Assembly: GCA_017483945.1 (NCBI GenBank)
Contig: JAFUUE010000028.1
Coordinates: 8,365 to 72,364 of the forward strand
Origin: Paludibacteraceae bacterium
Lineage (GTDB): Bacteria; Bacteroidota; Bacteroidia; Bacteroidales; Paludibacteraceae
Direction of reading: 5' to 3'
Length of the DNA: 64,000 nucleotides
Part shown: one piece after another, positions 8,960 to 18,637 of the stretch
Layout: every line of letters starts with the position of its first letter
Position numbering within the stretch: the first letter of the stretch is position 1
Position numbers and translations under genes: made by a program
The notes under the pieces: generated by a model
What the model was told of the DNA's origin: nothing
Database searches by the model: none
The model's input: the letters and a program-made list of their open reading frames with translations, nothing else

Positions 8960-10405
8960 ATGCAACACTTACAACCACAAGCGCTCTGGAACAACTTCCA
9001 CAGCCTCACACAGATTCCACGTCCTTCGGGGAAGAAGAAACAGATATCCGACTTCCTGGCCGATTTCGGCCGGTCGCTCGGGTTGGAGACCATCGTCACG
9101 CCCATTGGTAATGTGCTGATTCGCAAGCCTGCCTCGGCGGGCTATGAGCAGCATCCGGGTGTCATCCTGCAGGGACACATGGATATGGTTCCCCAGAAGA
9201 ACAGCGACAAAGTCTTTGACTTCGAGAAAGATGCTATTCAGACTTATATTGAGCCTAACGGCGAATGGGTGACGGCCGACGGCACCACCCTGGGTGCAGA
9301 CAACGGTATCGGCGTGGCTACGGCCATGGCTATACTGGCCGACCCGAATGCCAAGCATCCGGCTCTGGAGGCGCTCTTCACCGTGGACGAGGAGACGGGT
9401 ATGTACGGTGCGGAGGCACTGGAGGCCGGTCTGCTCCAAGGCAAGACCCTGCTCAACCTCGACTCCGAGACCGAGGGCGAGTTGTATATCGGCTGTGCCG
9501 GTGGCGTGGACCCCACGGCGGTCTTCGATTACCAGGCCGTGCCGGTCGAGGAAGGCGACGCGGCGGTACGTATAGAGGTCAAGGGATGCAAGGGGGGACA
9601 CTCCGGATGCGACATCCACCTGCAGCGTGCCAACGCTATCAAGCTGCTCTTCCGCGTGCTCAAAGATGCTGTCACCAACTGCGAGGCGCGTCTGGTCTGC
9701 GTGGAGGGCGGCAGTCTGCGTAATGCTATCCCGCGCGAGGCCGCTGCGGTGGTCACGGTGCCCGCTGAGGGTGTGGATGACCTGATAGACCTCGTATGCC
9801 GCTGGGAGGACCAGTTCCTGGCCGAGTACCGTGGCGTGGACGACGATATATGCCTGACGACCACCGAGGTGGAATGTCCCGCGACCGAGTTGCCCGAGGA
9901 CGTGCAGGACTTCCTGATTCATGCAGTCACCCTCTGCCCGCACGGCGTCTATCGGATGATACCCGAGATGCCCGACGTGGTAGAGACCAGCAATAACCTG
10001 GCGATGATTAAGACCGAGCCCGGCAAAATCACGGTCAACTGCCTCACCCGCTCTTCTGTCGAGAGCCGCAAAGAGGAGCTGGCCAGCATTATCCAGTCGG
10101 CTTTTACCCTCGCCGGTGCCGAGGTCAGCTTTGCCGGTTCCTATCCGGGGTGGAAGCCCAACGTCCACAGCCGTATCTTGACCCTCATGCAGGAGGTGCA
10201 TCGTCGCGAGCTGGGTACGGAGCCGCGTATCATCACCATACATGCCGGCCTCGAGTGCGGCATCTTAGGGAAGAACTACCCCGACGTTGAGATGATATCG
10301 TTCGGTCCGACCATCGAGCACCCCCATTCGCCCGACGAGCGTGTCAATATCGCATCCGTGCAGCGTTTCTACCGCCTGACCCTCGCTACTCTGGAGGCAC
10401 TGTAA
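8960..10405 (+). CDS. pepD: aminoacyl-histidine dipeptidase (M20C, PepD)
   Basis: 481 aa. LWNNFHSLTQIPRPSGKKKQISDF...ILQGHMDMVPQKN...TADGTTLGADNGIG...FTVDEETGMYGA. Confidence 0.9.
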   Translation: MQHLQPQALWNNFHSLTQIPRPSGKKKQISDFLADFGRSLGLETIVTPIGNVLIRKPASAGYEQHPGVILQGHMDMVPQKNSDKVFDFEKDAIQTYIEPNGEWVTADGTTLGADNGIGVATAMAILADPNAKHPALEALFTVDEETGMYGAEALEAGLLQGKTLLNLDSETEGELYIGCAGGVDPTAVFDYQAVPVEEGDAAVRIEVKGCKGGHSGCDIHLQRANAIKLLFRVLKDAVTNCEARLVCVEGGSLRNAIPREAAAVVTVPAEGVDDLIDLVCRWEDQFLAEYRGVDDDICLTTTEVECPATELPEDVQDFLIHAVTLCPHGVYRMIPEMPDVVETSNNLAMIKTEPGKITVNCLTRSSVESRKEELASIIQSAFTLAGAEVSFAGSYPGWKPNVHSRILTLMQEVHRRELGTEPRIITIHAGLECGILGKNYPDVEMISFGPTIEHPHSPDERVNIASVQRFYRLTLATLEAL

Positions 10406-10426
10406 GCGGCGGTAATCAGCCTATAC

Positions 10427-10460
10427 ACACAGCCGGAGCACCACGGTGCTCCGGCTGTGT
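10427..10460. terminator. bidirectional hairpin between convergent pepD and polA
   Basis: ACACAGCCGGAGCACC / GGTGCTCCGGCTGTGT form a near-perfect 15-16 bp palindrome centred at 10443-10444. Confidence 0.6.
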
Positions 10461-10473
10461 CTGTGTCGGGTCG

Positions 10474-12810
10474 TCAGTGTGCCTCCAGCCAGTTGTTCCC
10501 GATGCCGCATTCGGCGATGAGGGGCACGTCGAGCGTGGCGGCCTGTTGCATCTCGCTCACGACAATCTGCCGCAGCGTCTCCGCCTCGTCGGCGGGTACG
10601 TTGAAGCAGAGTTCGTCATGCACCTGCATAATCATCTGCGCCTGCATGCGGCGCTGCTGCAACTGCTTGTGGATGTTGACCATGGCGCGCTTGATGATGT
10701 CGGCGGCGGTGCCTTGTATGGGTGCATTGACGGCATTGCGTTCGGCGAAGGCGCGGACGGTGGCGTTATGGGAAAGGATGTCGGGCAGGTAGCGGCGGCG
10801 TCCGAAGAGGGTCTCTGCATAGCCGTTCTGCCGCGCTTTCTCTTTCTGCTTCTCGATATAGTTCACCACGCCGGGGAAGGCGGCGAAGTAGTCGTCGATG
10901 AGTTGCTTGGCCTCGGCGCGCGGGCAGTCGAGTTGCTGTGCCAGTCCGAAGGCCGAGATGCCGTAGATGATGCCGAAGTTGGCCGTCTTGGCGCGGCGTC
11001 GTTGCTCCCGGCTGACCTCCTCGAGGGGCACACCGAATATCTTGGCGGCAGTGGCGGCGTGGATGTCCTGGCCGTTGCGGAAGGCCTGCAGCAGGTGCTC
11101 GTCGCCGGACAGGTGGGCCATCAGGCGCAGCTCTATCTGCGAGTAGTCCGCACTGAGGAACAGACACCCGGGGTCGGGGATGACTGCGCGTCGGATGAGT
11201 TGGCCCCGCTCGGAGCGGATGGGCAGGTTCTGCAGGTTGGGGTTGCTGCAACTGAGTCGTCCGGTGGCTGTGACGGTCTGGTTATAGGTGGCATGTATCT
11301 TGCCCGTGGTGGGGCGGATATAACTCGGCAGCGTGGCGATATAGGTGCCGACCAGTTTCTTTAACTCGCGATATTCGAGTATCTTGCCTACGACGGGATG
11401 CCGGTCGCGCAGGGCCAGCAGTACTTCCTCGCCTGTGGCATAGTGTCCGTTGCGGGAACGTTTGGCTTTCGGGTCCAGGTGCAGGTGCTCGAAGAGCACT
11501 TCCCCCACCTGCATGGGGCTGTTGATATTGAATGTGGTGCCGGCCAGCGCGGTTATCTGCTGCTCCAGCATGCCCAGTTCCTCGGTCAGTTTCACCTCCG
11601 CCTCGTGCAGGATATGGGTGTCGATACGCACGCCGGCCTCTGTCATGTCGTGCAGCACCTCCACCAGGGGCAGCTCCACCTCGTTGTAGAGCGTCCACAG
11701 GGCGGGATTGGCGCGCAGGCTCTCCCAATCGGGTTCCTGCCACGGATTGAAGCGCATCTCGGGGTTGAGCAGGTAACAAACCAGCCGTGCCTCGATGGTG
11801 TCATAGGGCGGCTCCCCTTGCGGCGTGGCACTGAACAGGTCAGGTTCGCCGCCGGTCTGCGGTGTCTCGGCGGGGGCAAAGAGGTCCAGCGTCTGCTCCG
11901 CCGGTCGAGCGGCGGCCGGTCGACCGGCCTTGGAGGCGGGTTGCGCCCCTTTTCCCGCGGGCAGCAGGGAGTTGAACTCCAGTTGGCGGTAGAGGTCATA
12001 CAGCGCCTCTGTGTGGCGCTCCTGCACCCGAAGTGCCTCTGCGTTCAGGTCAATGGGCACGTCGGTGCGGATGGTTGCCAGGAAGCGGGAGAAGCGTATC
12101 TGCTCTTCCTGCTCGCGGATGCGGGTCTGCAGCGCACCTTTCAGGCGCTCGGTGCTCGTCAGCAGGTTGTCGATAGTGCCGAACTCATGGAGCAGTTTGA
12201 CGGCTGTCTTCTCGCCCACGCCGCTACAGCCGGGGATGTTATCGCTGGCATCCCCCATCAGGCCGAGCAGGTCGATGACCTGTGACTGGTGGCGAAGCCC
12301 GTATTTGGCGCATACCTCCGCCGGTCCCATCTGCTCAAAACCGCCCGTATGACGGGGGCGGTACATGAAGATATGGTCGCTCACCAGTTGGCCGTAGTCC
12401 TTGTCCGGCGTCGCCATATAAACCTCAAACCCCGCTTTCTCGGCCTTCTGTGCCAATGTGCCGATGACGTCGTCCGCCTCAAAACCGGGTACTTCCAGCA
12501 CGGCGACATTCATCGCGCGCAAGATGTCCTGTATCACCGGCACGGCGCGGCGTATATCCTCCGGCGTCTCCTCGCGCTGCGCTTTGTACTGCGGGTAGGC
12601 CTCGTGTCGGAACGTGGGGCCGTGGGGGTCAAAAGCCACCCCTATATGGGTCGGTTGAAGCCGCTTGAGCAGGTCCTCCAGAGTGATGACAAAGCCGTAG
12701 ATGGCGGAGGTGTTCTCGCCGCGCGAGTTGACACGCGGCACGCGGATAAAGGCGTAGTACGCCCTGTAAATCATGGCGTAAGCGTCGATGAGCAGAAGGC
12801 GGTTGGACAT
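10474..12810 (-). CDS. polA: DNA polymerase I, apparently lacking the 3'-5' exonuclease domain
   Basis: 778 aa. It has a 5' nuclease domain (LLLIDAYAMIYRAYYA...GDASDNIPGCSGVGEKTA), a low-complexity linker, then the polymerase domain directly (LYNEVELPLVEVLHDMTEAGVRID...DYSQIELR...RRAKTANFGIIYG...QVHDEL). Confidence 0.9.
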   Translation of the reverse strand: MSNRLLLIDAYAMIYRAYYAFIRVPRVNSRGENTSAIYGFVITLEDLLKRLQPTHIGVAFDPHGPTFRHEAYPQYKAQREETPEDIRRAVPVIQDILRAMNVAVLEVPGFEADDVIGTLAQKAEKAGFEVYMATPDKDYGQLVSDHIFMYRPRHTGGFEQMGPAEVCAKYGLRHQSQVIDLLGLMGDASDNIPGCSGVGEKTAVKLLHEFGTIDNLLTSTERLKGALQTRIREQEEQIRFSRFLATIRTDVPIDLNAEALRVQERHTEALYDLYRQLEFNSLLPAGKGAQPASKAGRPAAARPAEQTLDLFAPAETPQTGGEPDLFSATPQGEPPYDTIEARLVCYLLNPEMRFNPWQEPDWESLRANPALWTLYNEVELPLVEVLHDMTEAGVRIDTHILHEAEVKLTEELGMLEQQITALAGTTFNINSPMQVGEVLFEHLHLDPKAKRSRNGHYATGEEVLLALRDRHPVVGKILEYRELKKLVGTYIATLPSYIRPTTGKIHATYNQTVTATGRLSCSNPNLQNLPIRSERGQLIRRAVIPDPGCLFLSADYSQIELRLMAHLSGDEHLLQAFRNGQDIHAATAAKIFGVPLEEVSREQRRRAKTANFGIIYGISAFGLAQQLDCPRAEAKQLIDDYFAAFPGVVNYIEKQKEKARQNGYAETLFGRRRYLPDILSHNATVRAFAERNAVNAPIQGTAADIIKRAMVNIHKQLQQRRMQAQMIMQVHDELCFNVPADEAETLRQIVVSEMQQAATLDVPLIAECGIGNNWLEAH

Positions 12811-12831
12811 GGTATGGTGGTGTTTTGGGGG

Positions 12832-13494
12832 TTACCAGTTGATGGGAGGCAGTCCGTGCTGTTGGAGGTAGCGGTTGGCCTCGGAGAAATGGCCGCAGCC
12901 GATGAAGCCGCGGTAGGCGCTCAGGGGGCTGGGGTGGGGGGCGGTGAGGACCAGGTGGCGACGTCGGTCGATGAACGCCCCCTTGCGCTGGGCATAGCTG
13001 CCCCAGAGCATGAAGACCAGATGCTGACGGCGGTCGTTGAGCGCGCGGATGGCCGCGTCGGTCAACTCCTCCCAGCCCTTGTTCTGGTGGCTGCCGGCAC
13101 GGTGTGCCTGCACGGTCAGCGTGGCGTTCAGCAGCAGCACGCCCTGGTCGGCCCACGACTGCAGATTGCCCGACGCGGGGATGGGTTTGCCCAGGTCGCG
13201 TTGGAGCTCCTTGTATATATTCTCCAACGACGGCGGGATACGTATGCCGTCGTTCACGGAGAAGCACAGCCCGTTCGCCTGACCGACATCGTGGTAGGGG
13301 TCTTGCCCCAGTATGACCACACGGACGCGGTCGAACGGGCAGGCGTCGAAAGCATGGAAAATCAGGTGCCCGGGCGGGAAGCACCGGTGTTGCGCATACT
13401 CGGCACGGACGAACGATGTCAGCAACTCGAAGTAAGGCTTGTCAAACTCCGGCTGCAGTACTGCCCGCCATGTGTCCTCAATGCGCACGTTCAT
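12832..13494 (-). CDS. ung: uracil-DNA glycosylase
   Basis: 220 aa. VVILGQDPYH, GLCFSV and HPSPLSA motifs. Confidence 0.92.
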   Translation of the reverse strand: MNVRIEDTWRAVLQPEFDKPYFELLTSFVRAEYAQHRCFPPGHLIFHAFDACPFDRVRVVILGQDPYHDVGQANGLCFSVNDGIRIPPSLENIYKELQRDLGKPIPASGNLQSWADQGVLLLNATLTVQAHRAGSHQNKGWEELTDAAIRALNDRRQHLVFMLWGSYAQRKGAFIDRRRHLVLTAPHPSPLSAYRGFIGCGHFSEANRYLQQHGLPPINW

Positions 13495-14597
13495 CAGTCC
13501 ACAATGAGCATCGCGTCGCCGTAGTCGCCGAAGCGGTAGCCCTCGTTGACGGCCACCTCGTAGGCTTTCATCACCTGCTCGTAGCCGCCGAAAGCCGCCA
13601 CCTCCATCAGTTGGCTCGACATCGGCATGTAGAAATTGACGAAGAACGACTGCGCCACGCTGAACTCGTAGGGGGGATAGATGAAGCGGTTGGTCCAGCC
13701 GTTGTACTCCTTAATCTGGCCGTTGGTGCCGGCCACGTGCTCCAGCGCGCGCATCACCTCCGTGCCCACGGCGCAGACGGCATGCTCCCGTTCGTGGGTT
13801 TTGTGCACCGCCTTGACCACCTCGTCGCTGATGATTATCTGCTCGGATTCGACCTTGTGCTTGGTCAGGTCCTCCACATCCACCGGCTTGAAGTTGCCCA
13901 GGCCCATGTGGCTGGTCAGGCAGACGTGGTCGATGCCCCGTATCTCCATGCGCTTGAGCAGTTGTTTGGAGAAGTGCAGCCCGGCTGCCGGTGCGGCCAC
14001 GGCGCCCACCTTGTCGGCGAAAATCGTCTGGTAGCGCTCCTCGTCCATCTCCTTGACGGACAGACCGCGGAATACCTTGTCGTACGCCTGCTTGTCGGCG
14101 TCGTCCATCGGGCGGCGGATATACTTGGGCAGAGGCGTATGTCCCAGTGCATACAGTTTCTCTGTGAACTCGGCCTCCGTGTAGTCGGTCAGGAAGCGGA
14201 ACGTGCGCCCGCGGGAGGTAGTGTTGTCAATCACCTCCGCCACTATGGTCGGGTCATCATCGAAGAAAAGTTTGTTGCCGATACGTATCTTGCGGGCCGG
14301 GTCCACCAGCACGTCCCAATAGCGGTTCGCGTGGTTGAGTTCGCGCAGCAGGAATATCTCGATGTCGGCGTTCGTCTTCTCCTTCTTGCCATACAGGCGC
14401 GCGGGGAAGGTCTTGGTATCGTTGAAGATAAACAAGTCCCCCTCGTCGAAGAAGGTGGCGGTGTCGCTGACCGTCTTGTGCTCTATCTCTCCGCTCTGAC
14501 GGTGCAGCACCATCAGTCGGGCTTCGTCACGATAGGCAGCGGGATACTGCGCTATCAACTCATCCGGCAATCTAAACTTGAAGTTACTGAGTCTCAT
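13494..14597 (-). CDS. queA: S-adenosylmethionine:tRNA ribosyltransferase-isomerase
   Basis: 367 aa. MRLSNFKFRLPDELIAQYPA...RDEARLMVL, typical of QueA. Its stop overlaps the ung start. Confidence 0.92.
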   Translation of the reverse strand: MRLSNFKFRLPDELIAQYPAAYRDEARLMVLHRQSGEIEHKTVSDTATFFDEGDLFIFNDTKTFPARLYGKKEKTNADIEIFLLRELNHANRYWDVLVDPARKIRIGNKLFFDDDPTIVAEVIDNTTSRGRTFRFLTDYTEAEFTEKLYALGHTPLPKYIRRPMDDADKQAYDKVFRGLSVKEMDEERYQTIFADKVGAVAAPAAGLHFSKQLLKRMEIRGIDHVCLTSHMGLGNFKPVDVEDLTKHKVESEQIIISDEVVKAVHKTHEREHAVCAVGTEVMRALEHVAGTNGQIKEYNGWTNRFIYPPYEFSVAQSFFVNFYMPMSSQLMEVAAFGGYEQVMKAYEVAVNEGYRFGDYGDAMLIVD

Positions 14598-14639
14598 ATC
14601 GTCGTGTATTATATTTTTCTATCGTTCATGCGGCCTCCG

Positions 14640-14833
14640 CCGTTACCTGACCGTTACCTGACCGTTACCTGACGGTCTCTCCCGAGTCGCCGGAACGGCG
14701 AATTCTCGCTCTCCTCCCTGAACGCGACCCGTACCTGACCCGAACCTGACCCGAACCTGGAGGGTGTAAGTGTCTGTCGGATTGGCTGTTTATAGGGTCA
14801 GGTCTGTTTCAGGTCTGTTCCAGGTCTGTTAGG
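14640..14833. repeat. three 11-bp tandem-repeat blocks in the truB-queA spacer
   Basis: (CCGTTACCTGA)x3 at 14640-14672; CCCGTACCTGA-(CCCGAACCTGA)x2 at 14728-14760; (CAGGTCTGTT[T/C])x3 at 14798-14833. The last block contains the reverse complement (GTCAGGT) of the ACCTGAC core. Confidence 0.9.
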
Positions 14834-14844
14834 CGCACTGAGTA

Positions 14845-15543
14845 TCAATCGGTTTCGGCGGCCAGTCGGTCGAGGAATGCCTCTATGGTCAGTGCCTCTT
14901 CCACGCGGTAGTCGCCGACGCGCGTGCGGCGCAGCGCTGTCAGGTAGGCGCCGCTCTCCAGGGCCTCGCCCAGGTCACGTGCCAGCGCGCGTATATACGT
15001 GCCGCGGGAGCACACTACGCGCAGCGTCAGCTGCATCTGCTCCGCATCAAAGCTGACCACCTCTAACTCGTCTATTATCACCCGCTTAGGGGCTAACTCC
15101 ACCTCCTCACCTTTGCGCGCCATGTCGTAGGCACGCTTGCCGCCCACCTTGATGGCCGAGAAGACCGGCGGCACTTGCGCTATCTCGCCACGGAAGCGGG
15201 GCAGGACGGACTCGATGGCCTCGCGGGTGATATGCGCGGTCGGATAGGTCCGGTCCACCGGCTTCTCCATGTCGAAGCAGGGAGTGGTGGCGCCCAACTG
15301 CAGCGTAGCCACATACTCCTTGGTGTGGTTCATCAGGGTCTCTATCTGCTTGGTGGCGCGACCGGTGCATACCAGCACCACGCCCGTCGCCAGCGGGTCG
15401 AGTGTCCCGGCATGGCCGACCTTGAACTTCTTCTGTCCTAACCGGCGGCACAGGGCGTTACGCACCTTGCCCACCAGGTCAAAGCTCGTCCAATGCAACG
15501 GTTTGTCGAAGGACAGCACCACACCTCCTGCGTAGTCTCTCAT
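14845..15543 (-). CDS. truB: tRNA pseudouridine(55) synthase
   Basis: 232 aa. KPLHWTSFDLV...GHAGTLDPLATGVLV motif. Confidence 0.9.
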   Translation of the reverse strand: MRDYAGGVVLSFDKPLHWTSFDLVGKVRNALCRRLGQKKFKVGHAGTLDPLATGVVLVCTGRATKQIETLMNHTKEYVATLQLGATTPCFDMEKPVDRTYPTAHITREAIESVLPRFRGEIAQVPPVFSAIKVGGKRAYDMARKGEEVELAPKRVIIDELEVVSFDAEQMQLTLRVVCSRGTYIRALARDLGEALESGAYLTALRRTRVGDYRVEEALTIEAFLDRLAAETD

Positions 15544-16370
15544 GCGCCGATGTAGTTATATACAATGGCGAACACGCCGGCCAGCAGGCAATAGACGGCG
15601 AACCACACCAGTTTCTGGCGCTTGACTATCTCTATCATGAAGCGGCAGGCAAAGCAGCCCGTCACAAATGCTGCCACGAACCCTGTCACGAGGGCAGCGG
15701 CCGACAGCGAGGAGCCTGCGCTCAGCGGCTCTTTCAGGTACTTGAGCAGGTCGAGGAACGCCTCGCCCATGATGGGGATAAGCACCATCAGGAACGAGAA
15801 CTGCGCCACTTTCTCCTTCTTCACGCCGCAGAGCAGTCCCGTGGCTATCGTGCTGCCGCTGCGGGACAGACCGGGCAGCACTGCCACAGCCTGCGCACAG
15901 CCGATGATGATGGCGTCGCGGTAGGTCACCTCGTGGCCGTCCGTGCCGTAGCGCTTGGTGTACCACTCGCTGAATCCCAGTAGCAACGATGTCACTATCA
16001 GGCATATGCCCACCAACAACAGCCCGTTGCCGAAGAAGGCCTCCACTTGGTCCTTGAAGAACATGCCCACGATGAACACGGGCACCATACTCACCAGTAT
16101 CTTAGCCACATAGTCCTTGTCTTCGTTCCACGTCTTTGTGGCGAACGTGCCGCGCAGCAGTTGCCACACCTCGCGCCAGAAGATGACCAGCGTGGACAGG
16201 ACGGTCGCCGTGTGCACCACGATAGCGAACGTCAGGTTATCCTCGCCCGCTGTGCCCAGCAGCGCCTGCCCTATCTCCAGGTGGCCGCTGCTGCTGACCG
16301 GCAGGAACTCCGTGAGTCCCTGCACGATGCCCAGTATCAATGCTTCAATCCAACTCATGGGCTCAGTCAT
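15540..16370 (-). CDS. uppP: undecaprenyl-diphosphate phosphatase
   Basis: ATG at 16370 gives MTEPMSWIEALILGIVQGLTEFLPVSSSGHL... with PGLSRSGSTI downstream. The track ORF extension to 16526 overlaps the upstream gene. Confidence 0.88.
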   Translation of the reverse strand: MTEPMSWIEALILGIVQGLTEFLPVSSSGHLEIGQALLGTAGEDNLTFAIVVHTATVLSTLVIFWREVWQLLRGTFATKTWNEDKDYVAKILVSMVPVFIVGMFFKDQVEAFFGNGLLLVGICLIVTSLLLGFSEWYTKRYGTDGHEVTYRDAIIIGCAQAVAVLPGLSRSGSTIATGLLCGVKKEKVAQFSFLMVLIPIMGEAFLDLLKYLKEPLSAGSSLSAAALVTGFVAAFVTGCFACRFMIEIVKRQKLVWFAVYCLLAGVFAIVYNYIGA

Positions 16371-16611
16371 CGAATTTACGTTCTTCCTCCTCGGAACCGC
16401 CCTTCGGGCGGAAGAGGATGGCAAACACCATGGCCACAAAGCCGAAGAGCGCCACCATCGGGCCGACCGTGATGCGGCGCGTGGAGAAGATGTCGGGGTT
16501 ATATTCCGTAGCACCACTCGGCTCACCCACCATCAGGGCGAAGCCTGCTACGATAATCACCAGCGAGAGGCAGATAAGCAGGATGTTCCGCTTGGGAAGA
16601 TTATATCTCAT
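16363..16611 (-). CDS. small two-TM membrane protein (DUF3098-like)
   Basis: 82 aa with two hydrophobic helices. It sits in the conserved position between ftsX and uppP, with tight coupling to both neighbours. Confidence 0.6.
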   Translation of the reverse strand: MRYNLPKRNILLICLSLVIIVAGFALMVGEPSGATEYNPDIFSTRRITVGPMVALFGFVAMVFAILFRPKGGSEEEERKFDD

Positions 16612-17470
16612 ATAATGTATCGGTTTTCATTCGTATATATCGCCCGGTGGCGATGAAGGCGGTCAGCAGGGTGATGAGCACGCCGAAGAAGAGCAGCACG
16701 CCGGCCAGCAGGGTCAGGTTCTGCCACGTCAGGGGGAAGAGCAGGACGCCCATGCGGACATTCAGGTAATAGACGCCGCCGAGCAGGGCGATATACGCCA
16801 GCACGGCAGCCAGGGCACCCATGCCCACGTTCTTGCGTACGAAAGGCCGGCGGATATGCCATGAGGTGGCGCCCACCAGCGTCATGGTGCGAATCAGGAA
16901 GCGCTTGGAGTATATCTGCAGGCGGATAGTGTTGACCATGAGCGCCTGTGCGATGATGAGCAGCAGCAGGGCTATGCCCGCCAGGAACCATGTCACGCGG
17001 TTGAGGTTCTTGTTCATCAACTGCAGCAGGTCGCGCTGATAGACCACGCGGCTCACGTACGGCAGGCTGCTCAGTCGCTGTTCGATGACGGCCATGCTGT
17101 CCGCGTTGGCATACTCCGCGTTCAGGTGCAGTTCATAGGATGCGCTCAGGGGGTTATAGCCCAGGAAGCGGGTGGGGTCCTCGCCCAGCAGGCGCATGTG
17201 CTCCTCCAGCGCTTCCTCCGGCGAGATATACCGGTAGTCGTGGCAGTAGGAGACAGCCTGCAGCATCCCCTCCATGTTATGCAGCGAGACCGAGTCGGCC
17301 TCCTCTGTCAGCACCACCTGCATAGCCACGTTCTCGCGTACACGGCGCATCAGGTTGCCCGCGGAGAGCAGTAATACACACTCCATGCCGATGAGCAACA
17401 GCACCAGCATGACGCTGATGGCGCTCGTTATGTGCATGTTGAAGAAATGATGTCGATGTCCTTTGCTCAT
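16601..17470 (-). CDS. ftsX: FtsX-like cell-division permease
   Basis: ATG at 17470 gives MSKGHRHHFFNMHITSAISVMLVLLLIG.... It has 4 TM segments, a periplasmic loop, and the FtsX C-terminal pattern. Confidence 0.8.
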   Translation of the reverse strand: MSKGHRHHFFNMHITSAISVMLVLLLIGMECVLLLSAGNLMRRVRENVAMQVVLTEEADSVSLHNMEGMLQAVSYCHDYRYISPEEALEEHMRLLGEDPTRFLGYNPLSASYELHLNAEYANADSMAVIEQRLSSLPYVSRVVYQRDLLQLMNKNLNRVTWFLAGIALLLLIIAQALMVNTIRLQIYSKRFLIRTMTLVGATSWHIRRPFVRKNVGMGALAAVLAYIALLGGVYYLNVRMGVLLFPLTWQNLTLLAGVLLFFGVLITLLTAFIATGRYIRMKTDTLYEI

Positions 17471-17523
17471 GTTTGACTCCCTTTCCGGTTGCGACAGCGC
17501 CCGATAGGAGGGCTGTCTATTCA

Positions 17524-17553
17524 CTCAAACGGGGCAGGTCGCTGACCTGCCCC
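17524..17553 (-). terminator. hairpin terminator after porN
   Basis: GGGGCAGGTC-gct-GACCTGCCCC (17531-17553), followed on the minus strand by GTTTGAG, 8 nt after the porN stop. Confidence 0.6.
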
Positions 17554-17561
17554 GTCGTTGG

Positions 17562-18566
17562 TTAGTATTCCCAGAGGTCTTGTTCGAAGTTCAGCAACTC
17601 GGTCTCGATGCGCTTCTGCTCTTTCTTGAGCTCGGGCTCCGTCCTGAGGTACTGAGGGATAACGCGGTCGTAGATATTATCCTCGCCGACCAGGTAGGAC
17701 GCATACAGTCGTTTTGCGAAGAACTCGTCAAACGTCAGACGCTTGGTGCTGTTCTTGCTGGATATCATGTGCTGGTGCGCCATGTGGGGACGCAGGTACT
17801 TGAACGGTATCCAGAACACAATCTGCTTGTAGAGTGCCTCATACGGCTGGTCCCGCTCGGTGCTCTTGGGCGTGTACAGCGGAGCTACTGCCATAATCTG
17901 GCGATACAGACGCGAATAGTGCTTGTCGAAGAAGATAACCTCCTGAATCAGATACTTGTACTGGTTGGGGACATACGCCTTGTAGTAGTCGTCACGAATC
18001 TGCAGCTTGCCTTCGTTATTGAACTCGTAGATAGAGGCGTTGTTGTCGATGACAGTCGCGACTACCGGTTCGCCATTTTCGTTGGCAGCGCTGCCCTCCT
18101 CACCGTCACCGGTGGTGGGAGACAACTCGATATCCTCCGACTCGCCTTCCGAATCCAATTGGTTCTTAATGTCTTCCATGCTCAGCGGCTGCACCTGCAT
18201 GAAGTTGGGAATCAGACCATCTTCGGGGTTTGCCGGCTTGGCATATACCGGCACGTTACCCTCGGCGATGGCTACCAACGTCAAGTGGAAAAGCGACTGA
18301 TACTTGGGATTGGTCGGGTTGATGGGGAAGTACAACTCGAAGTTCTGCTTGTAGCGCATGTCTATGATGCTGTACACCACGCGTGACCAGACGACATCTT
18401 CCTTGCGGTGGAAGACTGTGATGACGGTGTCGTCGCGCAACTCTTGGGTCTCCAGCGCCACGATTCCGTGGTCCTCGAAGAACGAATTGATGTGGTGCTG
18501 TGCATCAGCGAGCAGGTTGCCCACCAGCAACATCAGTACTATAAAACCTGTTTTCTTCATAATCAT
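17562..18566 (-). CDS. porN: T9SS periplasmic ring protein PorN/GldN
   Basis: 334 aa, signal peptide. VWSRVVYSIIDMRYKQNFELYFP and operon position after porM. Confidence 0.85.
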   Translation of the reverse strand: MIMKKTGFIVLMLLVGNLLADAQHHINSFFEDHGIVALETQELRDDTVITVFHRKEDVVWSRVVYSIIDMRYKQNFELYFPINPTNPKYQSLFHLTLVAIAEGNVPVYAKPANPEDGLIPNFMQVQPLSMEDIKNQLDSEGESEDIELSPTTGDGEEGSAANENGEPVVATVIDNNASIYEFNNEGKLQIRDDYYKAYVPNQYKYLIQEVIFFDKHYSRLYRQIMAVAPLYTPKSTERDQPYEALYKQIVFWIPFKYLRPHMAHQHMISSKNSTKRLTFDEFFAKRLYASYLVGEDNIYDRVIPQYLRTEPELKKEQKRIETELLNFEQDLWEY

Positions 18567-18637
18567 ATGTTGAACTATCTTCCTGTCGCGAGGGGGCTTT
18601 CCCCTCCGACGGAAAAGGTTAATTATCCTGCGAGAGG

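Noticed and set aside
8969-10243. 424-aa ORF on the - strand
   Set aside because: It is an antisense shadow of pepD, with low-complexity composition and no start context or promoter.
12289-13524. 411-aa ORF on the + strand
   Set aside because: It is antisense to polA and ung, both strongly supported by motifs. The translation is Arg/Val/Gly/Ala-rich with no recognisable motif. Long stop-free antisense frames are expected in high-GC3 genes.
13416-14672. 418-aa ORF on the + strand
   Set aside because: It is an antisense shadow of queA.
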